Assembly: GCA_040222015.1 (NCBI GenBank)
Contig: JAVJWO010000178.1
Span: forward strand, 32,001-96,000
Direction of reading: 5' to 3'
DNA length: 64,000 bases
Source of the DNA: Coleofasciculus chthonoplastes F2-STO-03
GTDB lineage: Bacteria; Cyanobacteriota; Cyanobacteriia; Cyanobacteriales; Coleofasciculaceae
Shown: piece by piece, positions 10,207 through 21,071 of the stretch
Position numbering within the stretch: position 1 is the stretch's first letter
Layout of the letters: each line of letters starts with the position of its first letter
Translations under genes and position numbers: made by a program
The notes under the pieces: generated by a model
Seen by the model: only the letters and a program-made list of their open reading frames with translations
Told to the model about the DNA's origin: nothing
Databases searched by the model: none

Positions 10207-11055
10207 ATGACTCGGACTCCTGAAAATTTGTGTACAAGAGAGGTAAAATATTCTCCTCAAACACTGAAACCTACCCTATTTTGGCGCATTGCCGAAGATA
10301 TTCCCAAATCCTTGACCTGGACATTGATGGTGTTGTCTATCGGTATTCCGTTTGGGTTATGGTGGCTAGTTTCTCATTCGGGGTGGGTTGAGCCTCTGTT
10401 TTTACCGACACCAGAGAATGTTTGGCAAGCGATTGTGTCACTTTGGACAAGTGGCGATTTGCCCCAGGATATTTTAGCCAGTGTATTTCGGGTTCTGAGT
10501 GGGTTTCTCCTCGCCGCGTTGATATCGATTCCATTGGGAACTTTCATGGGAACCTTTGCCAGTATTCGGGCGCTAATGGAACCAATTATTGGAATTGTGC
10601 GGTATATGCCTGCGCCAGCATTTATTCCTTTACTCATCTTATACTTTGGCGTCGGAGAAACCCCGAAGATTTTGCTTATTTTTATCGGAACGTTATTTTT
10701 TAATACACTGATGATCATGGATGCGGTTAAGTTTGTCCCCAAGGAGTTAATTGAAACATCTTACACGTTAGGGGGCAAACGCCTTCAAGTTTTACTGTAT
10801 GTTATTTTTCCGTTTATTATGCCCAGCATTATCGATGCTTGTCGGGTCAATATTGCCGCCTCGTGGAATTTAGTGATTGTGGCAGAATTAGTGGCAGCAA
10901 CTGAAGGCTTGGGACGTCGGATTAGTGTGGCGCAGCGGTTTCTGAGAACCGATCAAATTTTTGCTGGACTCATTGTGATTGGATTAATTGGTCTAAGCTT
11001 CGATTTATTATTTAGATTGTTGCTGCGATTATCATGTAAATGGACTATAGATTAA
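10207..11055 (+). CDS. ABC permease (SsuC/TauC-like)
   Basis: FLPTP, RYMPAPAFIPL, EAA-like loop ELIETSYTLGG, AELVAATEGLG. Confidence 0.92.
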   Translation: MTRTPENLCTREVKYSPQTLKPTLFWRIAEDIPKSLTWTLMVLSIGIPFGLWWLVSHSGWVEPLFLPTPENVWQAIVSLWTSGDLPQDILASVFRVLSGFLLAALISIPLGTFMGTFASIRALMEPIIGIVRYMPAPAFIPLLILYFGVGETPKILLIFIGTLFFNTLMIMDAVKFVPKELIETSYTLGGKRLQVLLYVIFPFIMPSIIDACRVNIAASWNLVIVAELVAATEGLGRRISVAQRFLRTDQIFAGLIVIGLIGLSFDLLFRLLLRLSCKWTID

Positions 11056-11084
11056 GGATTGAAACAACTAATAACCAATGACAA

Positions 11085-11894
11085 ATGAAAAATACAAAAT
11101 TAACTGTTTCTCAACTTTATAAACAATTCTCCAGTCGTAAGGGCGTCACGGTTGCGCTTAAAGATATCAATATGCACATTGAATCGGGAGAATTTGTTAG
11201 TGTAGTCGGTGCATCGGGTTCTGGTAAATCAACGTTATTACGTCTCATTGCTGGATTGGATCAAGCAACGGCGGGTGAAATCTGTGTGGATGGTGTGCGG
11301 GTGACTGGACCGGGTTCCGATCGAGGGATGGTGTTTCAAAGTTATACGCTTTATCCCTGGATGACGGTAGCGAATAATGTGGGATTTGGTTTAAGGTTAC
11401 AGGGACTATCCGCAGCACAACGACGGCAGCACGTATCGTATTATTTAGAGGTTGTGGGATTATCGAAGTTTGCTAAAGCGTTGCCCAAAGAACTATCCGG
11501 GGGAATGAAACAACGAGTCGCGATCGCGCGGGCGTTAGCCTGTCAACCGAAAGTCTTACTCCTGGATGAACCCTTTGGCGCGTTAGATGTGCAAACCCGC
11601 GAAGCTATGCAGCAATTCCTGCTGCAATTATGGCAACGAACGGGTACAACGATTTTGATGATTACCCATGATGTAGGGGAAGCGGTGTTTCTCTCCCAAC
11701 GCATCTATGTGCTGACGACGCAACCGGGTACAATTCAAGGGGAACTGACGATTGATTTACCGCGCGATCGCGTAACTAATAATTCTGATGGACGTAGGCT
11801 GAACATTAAGCGTTTGTCGGCGTTTCAAAACTACACTGATCAGATTATTGAGTTACTCACCGATCAACCAGAAGCTGCACTTTTGCGGAGCTGA
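11085..11894 (+). CDS. ABC ATP-binding protein (SsuB/TauB-like)
   Basis: GASGSGKST, LSGGMKQR, LLLDEPFGALD, ITHD. Confidence 0.95.
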   Translation: MKNTKLTVSQLYKQFSSRKGVTVALKDINMHIESGEFVSVVGASGSGKSTLLRLIAGLDQATAGEICVDGVRVTGPGSDRGMVFQSYTLYPWMTVANNVGFGLRLQGLSAAQRRQHVSYYLEVVGLSKFAKALPKELSGGMKQRVAIARALACQPKVLLLDEPFGALDVQTREAMQQFLLQLWQRTGTTILMITHDVGEAVFLSQRIYVLTTQPGTIQGELTIDLPRDRVTNNSDGRRLNIKRLSAFQNYTDQIIELLTDQPEAALLRS

Positions 11895-11939
11895 TTGAGC
11901 GTTAATAGTTAGCTGAAAGACTTTCCACGTTCCCCAATT

Positions 11940-12332
11940 TTAATCTAACCAATCATCGATGGGATTGGCTTTAAACTGAATCGGTGGTTTACTCGTGTTA
12001 ACCGTTGGCGGAGCCTTTTTTCCTGGCTTCCGTTGGGTTGGCGATTTAGATAAACCTGGGGATGGTACATGACGGGCTGGCGGTGGTGAGGCTGAGTATT
12101 TTGACTTACGACCCATTTTTCTACCATTAGCCGCCGATTTAGAACGCAAACATTCATGGGCTTCATTCAGTTCTTGCAACTTGTACTGGGCTTTTTGTTG
12201 TAGACGGGGATGACCCACAAAACGGTCAGGATGCCATACCCACGTCAGGTCTAGATACCCTTGGTGGACTTCCTCGGGTGAGGCATTAGGGTCTAAGTCT
12301 AAGACTCTATAGTATCGTTCTACGTCTAACAT
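11940..12332 (-). CDS. J-domain (DnaJ-like) protein
   Basis: YYRVLDL...WHPDRF...LNEAH. Confidence 0.88.
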   Translation of the reverse strand: MLDVERYYRVLDLDPNASPEEVHQGYLDLTWVWHPDRFVGHPRLQQKAQYKLQELNEAHECLRSKSAANGRKMGRKSKYSASPPPARHVPSPGLSKSPTQRKPGKKAPPTVNTSKPPIQFKANPIDDWLD

Positions 12333-12798
12333 CTACGCCATCCTCACGACTGACAGCACTATCTTGATATTGATAAAAATAGTAATTCAAGTTCTCTGTT
12401 GTTGTGGCTGAAACCATGCAAAAAAATACATCAGTTTAGGAAAGATATAATTTGTAAGTTTTTGTTAACGTAAGTTAACAATTTTAAATCCTCCTGTTTA
12501 CTCAATTGTTTAGAATTTGAGTGTTTTTATAGCGATATATGTCAGATCAGAGCAAGTTACCCGTTCTTAAGTTGAACGAACATAACGAATCTAGAGGAGG
12601 GGTGAAAAATAGGTAATTAGACGGAGATCAAGTAGTATATTTCCTCAGAGCGTGTTAAAAAAGGTGTCTGCACAGAGGAAGGGCGGGTTGAGACATCGCG
12701 ATAATGCTTTGAACCTTTCGCCCAAAACCCAAACCTGCCCTTACCCTACTTTCTCAGGTGCTTTTGACACACCGTCTAGTCGTTTAAGTTCAGAAAAC

Positions 12799-13965
12799 AT
12801 GCAGTTAGCAGCACGAGTTGGTCAAGTCTCTCCCTCTCTCACCCTAGCGATTTCCGCCAAAGCTAAGGCGATGAAAGCCGATGGCTTGGATGTGTGTAGT
12901 TTCAGCGCAGGGGAACCCGATTTTGATACCCCGGCTCATATTAAGGCGGCGGCGAAACAAGCCCTAGATCAGGGTAAAACAAAATATGGACCCGCCGCTG
13001 GGGAACCGAAATTACGGCAAGCGATCGCGAATAAACTGCGCCGAGATAATCAGTTAGAGTACCAGCCGGACAATATCATTGTCACCAATGGCGGTAAACA
13101 TTCCCTGTTTGGTTTAATGCAAGCGCTGATTGAACCGGGGGATGACGTGATTATTCCCGCCCCCTATTGGCTTTCCTATCCGGAAATGGTCAAACTGGCA
13201 GGGGGTAAACCAATCATTGTGCAAACGGATGTGTCAACGGGGTATAAAATCACTTCAGAGCAACTCCAGGCGACGATTACGCCCCAAACCAAGCTATTTG
13301 TTCTCAATTCTCCCTCGAACCCCACCGGGATGGTGTATACCCCAGAGGAACTCAAAGCCCTTGCCCAAGTGATTGTAGAACGGGATATTCTAGTCGTCTC
13401 GGATGAAATTTATGAAAAGATTCTTTACGATGGCGCTCAACATCTGAGTATTGGTGCTATTGGATCGGATATCTTTGATCGCACGATTACCAGTAATGGG
13501 TTTGCCAAAGCCTACTCGATGACAGGTTGGCGGGTGGGGTATTTAGCGGGTGCTGTGGATTTAATTAAGGCAGTTACTACGATTCAAAGCCACAGTACCT
13601 CTAATGTTTGTACCTTTGCCCAGTATGGCGCGATCGCCGCCCTGGAAAATCCCCAAGACTGTGTAGAAGAAATGCGCCTTGCCTTTGCTAAACGTCGCCA
13701 AGTCATTTACGAACGCCTGAATAGCATTCCGGGAATTAGTTGTCCTCAACCCAATGGGGCGTTCTATGTCTTTGCCGATATCAGCAAAACTGGACTCAAA
13801 TCCCTGGAGTTTTGTAATCGCCTTTTGGAAGCTGAGAAAGTAGCGACAGTTCCCGGTATTGCCTTTGGTGTCGATAACTGTATCCGTCTGTCCTATGCTA
13901 CTGATATGCCATCCATTGAAAAGGGTATGGATCGATTGGATAAATTTGTTCGCCAGTTAAGTTGA
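12799..13965 (+). CDS. aspC: Aspartate aminotransferase (PLP-dependent class I/II)
   Basis: [37 protein letters not shown]; start at MQLAARV. Confidence 0.93.
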   Translation: MQLAARVGQVSPSLTLAISAKAKAMKADGLDVCSFSAGEPDFDTPAHIKAAAKQALDQGKTKYGPAAGEPKLRQAIANKLRRDNQLEYQPDNIIVTNGGKHSLFGLMQALIEPGDDVIIPAPYWLSYPEMVKLAGGKPIIVQTDVSTGYKITSEQLQATITPQTKLFVLNSPSNPTGMVYTPEELKALAQVIVERDILVVSDEIYEKILYDGAQHLSIGAIGSDIFDRTITSNGFAKAYSMTGWRVGYLAGAVDLIKAVTTIQSHSTSNVCTFAQYGAIAALENPQDCVEEMRLAFAKRRQVIYERLNSIPGISCPQPNGAFYVFADISKTGLKSLEFCNRLLEAEKVATVPGIAFGVDNCIRLSYATDMPSIEKGMDRLDKFVRQLS

Positions 13966-14169
13966 GCGGAGAGACTCCAGGTGCAGTCAGGGCGGGTTTT
14001 GAATAAACGTTATCATCAACAGCGAAACGAAAATCCCTAAACCCGCCCCTACAATTAGGTTCCCTGAACGAAGCCAAGGGTCAAAACTATGTCCAACTAG
14101 TGAAGCGAAGGATAAACACTCAACACTCAACACTTATAACTTTTCCTTAAGAATTAGGAGATAACACTG

Positions 14170-14658
14170 ATGACCTATAAAAGAATATTAGTCGCCCTTG
14201 ACCATTCCCCTCAAACTGAGGGAATCTTTACCCAAGCCCTAGATATAGCGAAACAAGAAAATGCAGCCTTGATGCTCTTTCATTGCTTGCCTATAGAAAA
14301 CCAAGGTGTAGGTTTTTATGGAGATATGTTTGGTAGAGAATTGATTGACTTCTCCCGTCGTATGCAAGAAAAAATGAGAAAGGAAACGGATGAAACTCAA
14401 AAATGGCTATCTGGCTATTGTCAGAAGTCAACAGATGAAGGTGTGGCAACAGAATGGACGTGTAAAATTGGAGATGCTGGCAGTGCAATTCGAGACTTGG
14501 TAAAAAGTTGGGATGCTGATTTAGTGGTTATTGGTCGTCGAGGTCGTCGGGGTTTAACTGAAGTGCTTTTAGGCAGTGTCAGTAATCATGTTCTTCACCA
14601 TGTTGCTTGTTCCGTTTTAGTGGTGCAAGGGGTGGCGAATGAAACGTCGGAAACCTAG
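14170..14658 (+). CDS. Universal stress protein (UspA family)
   Basis: YKRILVALD, DLVVIGRRG, LLGSVSNHVLHHVACSVLVV. Confidence 0.95.
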   Translation: MTYKRILVALDHSPQTEGIFTQALDIAKQENAALMLFHCLPIENQGVGFYGDMFGRELIDFSRRMQEKMRKETDETQKWLSGYCQKSTDEGVATEWTCKIGDAGSAIRDLVKSWDADLVVIGRRGRRGLTEVLLGSVSNHVLHHVACSVLVVQGVANETSET

Positions 14659-14746
14659 TTGGTCTTGTGTCATTGGTAAGCCTTTGACCTGTCTAAGTCT
14701 TTGATATCATCGAGTTTGGACAAAAATTTAACGTTAATTAGCGTCT

Positions 14747-15577
14747 ATGAACGATAAACTTAGGCTGAGAAGTTGGGTTAATTTCAAGAAACAGATGCTC
14801 AGTTTAACCCAGAGAATAAAATTAGCAGGGAATCACGGTGAGCCAACCAAGACGTTGACGCCAGGGAGAACATTGAGGTGGCAATCTTTAGTCAGTTTTA
14901 TCAGTGGTTTGTTAATCGTCATAGCATTGGGATGGCACAATCCGCCAGCATCGGCGCAAAGAATTAGTCAAGCCAAAATTGTAGAAATTTTAGGAGGAAA
15001 TCAAGCGTATATCCAAAACAAACCCGCCCAAGTTAATGCGGTGGCTACATTGGGACAAACAGTGAGTACCAAACAAGCCCGGGTAAATTTGCTGTTTAAT
15101 AACAATGCGGGGGTGCGACTCGGACAAAATTCGGCACTCACGGTGGGGAGTCGCTGTGTGCGGCTACGAAGTGGTAGAAGTGTCGTTTCGGGGGCGCAAG
15201 GATGTGTCGGTTCGATTACCGCTGTGACGCGGGGAACTGTTTATTTGATGGAAGTTGATGAAAATGAACAAGCACAAGTGAAGGTTTTACAGGGCGAAGT
15301 CGCCTTGAGCGAACGGTATAACCTGTGGAACCCCCAACCCATTTTGTTACGTCAAGGTCAAGGAATTAATATTAGTCCTGAGGGGGTGTTAGGGACGGTA
15401 ATAGATCTGTCAAAAGCCGAAATTGAAAAAATTGTCACCGGGGCGTTGTTTGAAGGGTTTAATATTGAAATTCCGGGAATTGATAAACTTGAAGAGGTTT
15501 TGAATGAGCAGTTTCCGCAACTAGAGATTCCAGATGTATTGAGAGATAATTTGCCGTCAATTCCCAATCCCTTTTAA
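14747..15577 (+). CDS. FecR-like domain secreted protein (start uncertain)
   Basis: Signal-like segment ending PASAQ; LLFNNNAGVRLGQNSALTV, AVTRGT, VKVLQGEV. Confidence 0.75.
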   Translation: MNDKLRLRSWVNFKKQMLSLTQRIKLAGNHGEPTKTLTPGRTLRWQSLVSFISGLLIVIALGWHNPPASAQRISQAKIVEILGGNQAYIQNKPAQVNAVATLGQTVSTKQARVNLLFNNNAGVRLGQNSALTVGSRCVRLRSGRSVVSGAQGCVGSITAVTRGTVYLMEVDENEQAQVKVLQGEVALSERYNLWNPQPILLRQGQGINISPEGVLGTVIDLSKAEIEKIVTGALFEGFNIEIPGIDKLEEVLNEQFPQLEIPDVLRDNLPSIPNPF

Positions 15578-15594
15578 GTGTTGGAGTCAGGGCG

Positions 15595-17625
15595 ATGAAT
15601 CACTGGTGGCAATGGCTGGAAAAACAACGACGAAAACGCATCCGACGGCGTCGCCGGAGCCATTCCCAACCGTTTTGGCATCCAGAACGAATTGGTTTGA
15701 TGCTAATGGCATTCTGGGCGATTGTCGGTGCTGGAGTAACGGTTTGGCAGGGAACACTTATACAGCTAGCTGAACAGCAAAGCCAAAAGTGGTTCATTGA
15801 ATTACGTGGACCCGTTGTACCGCCTGAAGATATTGTCATTTTAGCGATTGATGATCAATCGTTGACGGCATCAGAACGCTACAGCAATCCGGTTGATCCG
15901 AATAAAGCCTTGGTTGTGGAGTTGCTAACACCACCGTTTCCCTGGAAGCGAACCGCTTATGCTGAGGTGCTTGAACGTTTAATGGCGGCGGGTGCTAAGT
16001 CAGTATCCTTTGATTTACTGTTTGATCTTCCCAGTGGGTATGGTGCTGAGGATGATCAGCCGTTTAAACAAGCATTAACTCAATATAGCGATCGCATCGT
16101 GCTAGCGGCTGTCTATGAAGATACCATTGATCCCCAAGGTTTTACCACCTTTGAGTTGTATAAGCCGTTACCAGAACTTTATCCAGATTCGGTGCAACTG
16201 GGTTTAGTCAACTTTTTACCCCCAGAGGTGGATGGGAATGTGTATCGGCTGGGGAATGAATACAGCCGGGAAATTCTGCAACCGTTGGGATTAGAAATGA
16301 TTCCTTCATTTGCTAAAGCTACCTTAGACGTGGCAAATGTTAACTATCCATCGCCAAAAGGAAGTCAGATTTTCTTCTACGGAACCCCAACTCAGAATCA
16401 AGGTGTTTTTACTACGATCCCCTTTTGGCAAGTTTTGGCATCTGATATATGGGACGTGCATTTACGAGAAGAAACCTTTAAAGACAAAATTGTTTTGATT
16501 GGCACAACAGCCGATGAACAAAATATCGGTGATTTTGTGCCGACACCTATCCAGTTAAACATGCCAGGGATTGAGCTTCATGCTAACGCGATCGCCACCT
16601 TAATGGAAGGACGTTCAATTGCTGTCGCCATCCCGAATCCGTGGCTAGAGGGATTGTTTGTGTTTGTCCTGGTTGGGGGAACCGCTATCCTGTTGTATAA
16701 ACTCCCCCGACGTACTGCGGCAAGCTTGTTTTGGGGATTGGGGATGGCAGGGATTTGGGTAGGACTAGCATTTTTAGGCTATAGCAGCGCCAGACTAATT
16801 TTTCCCATTGCCGTCCCTGCGATCGCGATGACTCTGAATAGTTTTTCTTACTTTACAGCACTTTTCATTGGGGATCAAATTGAAAAACGCCGCTTCCGCA
16901 GTACCTTAGAACGGTATGTCGCTGCACCTGTTGTTCAGGAAATTCTCAAGCAGCACGATGATTATCAGGAATTACTCAAAGGACGTAAATTAAAAGCCGC
17001 TATTTTATTCTCCGACATTCGCGGATTTACCACCCTCTCCTCCCAAATTTCACCTGTCCGATTAGTGCGACAACTGAATCGATATCTCAATGACATGGTT
17101 GAGGCGATTTTAGATGCTGGCGGTACCGTGGATAAATTTATTGGTGATGCAGTAATGGCAGAATTTGGCTGTCCAGTATCTGAGGGGGAAGAAACCGATG
17201 CGATGAATGCCATTCGTGCGGCATTAGGGATGCGAAAAGCCTTGCATCAGTTGCGCGAGGAATGGCGTCAGGAAGAACGAATCCCATTATTTAATGGAAT
17301 TGGGATTAATTATGGGGAATTGATTGCTGGGGATATTGGTTCTCAGCGTCGTCGAGAATATGCGGTGATTGGTGATGCGGTGAATGTAGCCAGTCGAGTA
17401 GAGGGGTTAACGAAGAAATTTGGCACAGATATTTTGATTACTGATTCTCTGTATCAACTTGTCAAAGATGAGGTTGAGGTGGTGTCGGTAGGGGAAGAAG
17501 AAGTGCGAGGACGAGCGGGAACGGTGAAATTATATAGTTTAATTGGGTTAAAGGGTGAGTCGCCGCAATTGTATCAGCAGGTGCAGAGGGATTTACAGGA
17601 ATTTTTGCAGCAAAAAGAGAGTTAA
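15595..17625 (+). CDS. CHASE2-domain class III adenylate/guanylate cyclase
   Basis: IVILAIDD, FPWKR, KIVLIG, MPGIELHANAI (CHASE2); three TMs; FSDIRGFT, VDKFIGDAVM, VIGDAVNVASRVE. Confidence 0.95.
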   Translation: MNHWWQWLEKQRRKRIRRRRRSHSQPFWHPERIGLMLMAFWAIVGAGVTVWQGTLIQLAEQQSQKWFIELRGPVVPPEDIVILAIDDQSLTASERYSNPVDPNKALVVELLTPPFPWKRTAYAEVLERLMAAGAKSVSFDLLFDLPSGYGAEDDQPFKQALTQYSDRIVLAAVYEDTIDPQGFTTFELYKPLPELYPDSVQLGLVNFLPPEVDGNVYRLGNEYSREILQPLGLEMIPSFAKATLDVANVNYPSPKGSQIFFYGTPTQNQGVFTTIPFWQVLASDIWDVHLREETFKDKIVLIGTTADEQNIGDFVPTPIQLNMPGIELHANAIATLMEGRSIAVAIPNPWLEGLFVFVLVGGTAILLYKLPRRTAASLFWGLGMAGIWVGLAFLGYSSARLIFPIAVPAIAMTLNSFSYFTALFIGDQIEKRRFRSTLERYVAAPVVQEILKQHDDYQELLKGRKLKAAILFSDIRGFTTLSSQISPVRLVRQLNRYLNDMVEAILDAGGTVDKFIGDAVMAEFGCPVSEGEETDAMNAIRAALGMRKALHQLREEWRQEERIPLFNGIGINYGELIAGDIGSQRRREYAVIGDAVNVASRVEGLTKKFGTDILITDSLYQLVKDEVEVVSVGEEEVRGRAGTVKLYSLIGLKGESPQLYQQVQRDLQEFLQQKES

Positions 17626-17789
17626 GGGACTTGCGTAAAAATAAAGTACCAGTTAGGCAAACTGTATTAATCAACTCAGTTTAGCTTGATTGGTATATTA
17701 TTAAGCTAAGTATTAGTAGCGAGCAAGATGCTCCCTAACAATAAACGGCATTCATCTGATGTCCTAATGACCCTGGCGACTGCTATAGA

Positions 17790-18578
17790 TCATAGCTGGC
17801 AATAGTTATTAAGGCTATCGGTTAGTGTTTGTTCAGGATTTGTCGCCGATTGTAAAGATTGCTGTGCTACCTCAGCAGTATCGCGATCCCTCCGCTCAAA
17901 GGCGACTGCAAATTCCCGCATCGCTTGACTCATGTTTCTGTACATTGTTACATAGCGTGATTGATAATTCAGTAAAGTTGGGTCGTTAAGGGAAAGACTC
18001 TCCATTTTTTTTGCTGCATTATTCATCGTTGCAACCGTTTCCCACATGGATTCAGAGGTGGAAAATTGGGTATTATCAAGTATTTTGCGAGCCTTACTTA
18101 CCGTTTCATTAACAACCTCAATGATTGTGTTACATTGTTCAAATAATGACTTGTTATTAGACTGACTACTCTGGGTAAAAGTTGTCTTATAACAAACACT
18201 ATTATCAGTTGCTAAGATACGTTCACAGAAAATCAGATCATCATCTGAATCAGGCTGCTCAACTCGGTTATACCAACTACTATCACGAATGTAGCTTTCT
18301 GCCTTTTCTCCATCTACAGTGACAGCATGTTGCTCGGTAAGAACATTGGTTAAAATTGTTGTTTTTTTGCCGTTAGACCAATGAAGTATCGTATAATGTT
18401 CCCCAGTACCGTAACCTTGAGAAATTACACAAGGTTGAATCAGGTCTAAAATATCACCTTGGAATAAGTAACAAATACCTAAACTATCGGGATAGGGTCG
18501 TGCTTCAGCTTTTTGCCCAACCCAAATTTGAGCGAACAACACTAGAAATGGCAAAATGCATATCCATCTATGTAACAT
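17790..18578 (-). CDS. Hypothetical secreted protein
   Basis: Signal-like N-terminus ending AEA, Cys-containing domain, helical C-domain; start placed at ATG 18578. Confidence 0.7.
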   Translation of the reverse strand: MLHRWICILPFLVLFAQIWVGQKAEARPYPDSLGICYLFQGDILDLIQPCVISQGYGTGEHYTILHWSNGKKTTILTNVLTEQHAVTVDGEKAESYIRDSSWYNRVEQPDSDDDLIFCERILATDNSVCYKTTFTQSSQSNNKSLFEQCNTIIEVVNETVSKARKILDNTQFSTSESMWETVATMNNAAKKMESLSLNDPTLLNYQSRYVTMYRNMSQAMREFAVAFERRDRDTAEVAQQSLQSATNPEQTLTDSLNNYCQL

Positions 18579-18907
18579 TTCATTTATCTGAATTACATTA
18601 ATGAGGCTAGGGGATGATAAAGGAGTTCTACGGCTCAATAGTTTTTATTCATTTTAAGCGATTGTGCCTCTAAATCGCTGATGCAGACTTTTTGATAAAA
18701 GGTGGTATCGACAGAAGTCATCTTGGAACAGCTTTTCACCGACTCCAGACCGATAAAATTACGCCACCAACACCTGACGCGCGGCAGCTTCCATTAATTT
18801 CTCCCTGTTGTTAATGGATTGAGTTTTGCTTCGAGTTCTCCCTCACCAATACAGCACAAACCGCCTTGGACATTAACCAAGACGGCTTGCTTGGCGCTCC
18901 CTTGAGT

Positions 18908-18983
18908 ATGACAAATGACAAATGACGAATGACAAATGACAAATGACAAATGACAAATGACAAATGACGAATGACAAATGACA
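18908..18983. repeat. STRR heptamer tandem array (ATGACAA/ATGACGA)n
   Basis: About 10-11 units; similar arrays near 32613-32671, 40945-40980, 53068-53110 and 62575-62609. Confidence 0.9.
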
Positions 18984-18996
18984 TAAGACAAATACC

Positions 18997-20130
18997 TTAA
19001 AAATCCACCCCTCGCTTCAAATCCACCCCTTTGTCACAATAATGCTTATGACAAATCATTTCCGAATGAACCGTCGCCAATTCAAAATAAGCGGGTTGAT
19101 TTTTACAACGACCTGTGATAATAACCTCCGTATCACGAGGTTTGCGTAACAGCGCCTCGACAATCGGTTCAACCTGCAACAATTCCAAGTCAACCGTCGG
19201 ATTCAGTTCATCCAGAATAATCGTTTTATACAACCCTGACGCTAACGCCGCCCTAGCAATTTCCCATCCCCGTTCCGCTTCCACATAATCCAAAATCTGC
19301 TGCTGTCCCCGCCAAACGATCGCATCTCGACCACAACGCTGATGATCTACCAGATTTGGGTAACTTTGACGCAATGCTGCGATCGCGGCGTCTTCGGTAT
19401 ATCCGCTTCCTCCCTTCAGCCATTGCATAATCATCACCCGGTGGGATTTATCTGTGCTAATTCCCCTACCAATGGCTTGTAACGCTTTCCCTAACGCATT
19501 AGTCGATTTTCCCTTCCCCGCACCGGTATAAATTTCGATTCCCTCAATCCCCTGTTCCCGAGAAACCGGGTGATCATGAGGAACCGACTCACTATGTAAA
19601 TCCGCCAAATCCAACAGCGCTGGCGGTGTTCCGCGTCCCGTGACAATCACTTCCAGAGACGGCGGTTTATTTTTCAGCGCTTGCACCACCTCCTCAACCG
19701 GGAGTAACCCCAAATCCAGCAACGGATTCAACTCATCCAGCACCACAACCGAATAGAGATTGGACGCGATCGCGCCTTTCGCCACATCCCAACCGCGCTG
19801 CGCCTCTAACTTGTCAAACCGCGTCACTTCCTCTTGGGTAAAAAACTCACTTCGTCCCGTGCGAACCTGATCAATCAAGTGAGGAAACGCCCGTCGCAAC
19901 GCCTCAATCGCCGCATCCTCATCATAGTTCCGTCCCGGTCCCTTAAGAAACTGTAACAATAAGACCCGACTGGATTCCGCACAGTTAATCCCCAAACCAA
20001 TTGAGCGCAAAACCACGCCCAATGCGGCTTGAGACTTCCCCTTACCGACGCCATCGTAAACATGAATCTGACCGGTGATGCGTTCTGTACGCTCAGCCGC
20101 CGTGCGAATACCAATACCTGTCCTAGTCAT
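18997..20130 (-). CDS. cobO: Cob(I)yrinic acid a,c-diamide adenosyltransferase, two-domain cyanobacterial form
   Basis: Two CobA/BtuR repeats: YDGVGKGKS..QFLKG..LDELN..VTGR and YTGAGKGKST..QWLKG..LDELN..ITGR; ends GVDF. Confidence 0.92.
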   Translation of the reverse strand: MTRTGIGIRTAAERTERITGQIHVYDGVGKGKSQAALGVVLRSIGLGINCAESSRVLLLQFLKGPGRNYDEDAAIEALRRAFPHLIDQVRTGRSEFFTQEEVTRFDKLEAQRGWDVAKGAIASNLYSVVVLDELNPLLDLGLLPVEEVVQALKNKPPSLEVIVTGRGTPPALLDLADLHSESVPHDHPVSREQGIEGIEIYTGAGKGKSTNALGKALQAIGRGISTDKSHRVMIMQWLKGGSGYTEDAAIAALRQSYPNLVDHQRCGRDAIVWRGQQQILDYVEAERGWEIARAALASGLYKTIILDELNPTVDLELLQVEPIVEALLRKPRDTEVIITGRCKNQPAYFELATVHSEMICHKHYCDKGVDLKRGVDF

Positions 20131-20402
20131 TGACGATCCTTGAGAATCTACCCCAACTCAGTTTAACCATACAACCGGGAATGGTAAGAATAACATTCAC
20201 CGTCTTATCCCAGCCAATCTAATATAGTATAAACAAGCCAGACGGTTATCCCTGTCACGGTTAGGGGGAAGAAAGCAGAATGTTAGAGGCTCCAAGGATG
20301 TAACGTTTATCCTCTCTACTTATCCATCTGTTTTTAACGGCTGCTTCCTTTGCCGCCGCACTCGACGAGGCACTGATACCATCGATTAAACGGAAACAAA
20401 CC

Positions 20403-20990
20403 ATGATCATAGATAACATAACTCTTGTTTTACCCCTACAACTGATTTTATTTCAAGTCTTATTCCTGTTAGTCACGATCGCCCTAGAATCCCGCGTCTT
20501 TCACCGACGGCTAAACCTCACTCGCAAAAACAGCGTGCAATATGCCACATCGCTGAATTTATGGAGCGTTGTTATTGGTTGGTTAACCTTTTTAATTCTA
20601 GGAACTTCGTTGCCTCAAGTTTTACAGATTCAAATTGTTAGCTTTATTTTTTTCGATCATCCAATAGGCAGTCAATTAGATAAAGCAGATCCTCGAATAA
20701 TTTTTATCGGCATCGTAATTTTCTTTTTCAGTTTTCTGATTAAAATAATCGGATTTGAGTTGATAAAAATATGGATTCATGAGCAGCCGGAACAATTTGA
20801 CACAAGTTCTGATGTATCGAACAAAAGACCCAGATTATTCAATCAACCTAAGCGGAAGATCACCAGAAATAAACCCAATCCAGCCTTGGCTGTGCTACTG
20901 GCTAATGCCTATAGTTACAGTGCTATTTTGCTGCTTTTAGTATTACGCTTTATGGACGTGAATGTTCTTAACTTGAATATTGCATTCTAA
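20403..20990 (+). CDS. fraC: Filament integrity protein FraC
   Basis: LPL..ILFQ.LFLLV.IALES.V, YATSLNL, AVLLANAYS; first of three genes matching the fraCDE layout. Confidence 0.85.
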   Translation: MIIDNITLVLPLQLILFQVLFLLVTIALESRVFHRRLNLTRKNSVQYATSLNLWSVVIGWLTFLILGTSLPQVLQIQIVSFIFFDHPIGSQLDKADPRIIFIGIVIFFFSFLIKIIGFELIKIWIHEQPEQFDTSSDVSNKRPRLFNQPKRKITRNKPNPALAVLLANAYSYSAILLLLVLRFMDVNVLNLNIAF

Positions 20991-21071
20991 CCTATACCTA
21001 CGTCTCCTGAACTATTTGCAGGACGTTCTAATTCTCCCCAACACTCTCACCATTATTTTCAGAGTAAACCG

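Noticed and set aside
12647..12798. N-terminal extension of aspC, or a MITE at 12647-12777
   Set aside because: The extension reads through repeat-like DNA; the terminal inverted match is too weak to call an element confidently
18794..18991. ORF with VICHLSF repeats (also 32621-32821)
   Set aside because: Translation of STRR heptamer arrays
20131..20402. Cobalamin riboswitch upstream of cobO (also checked before cobQ)
   Set aside because: No B12-box or riboswitch consensus recognised
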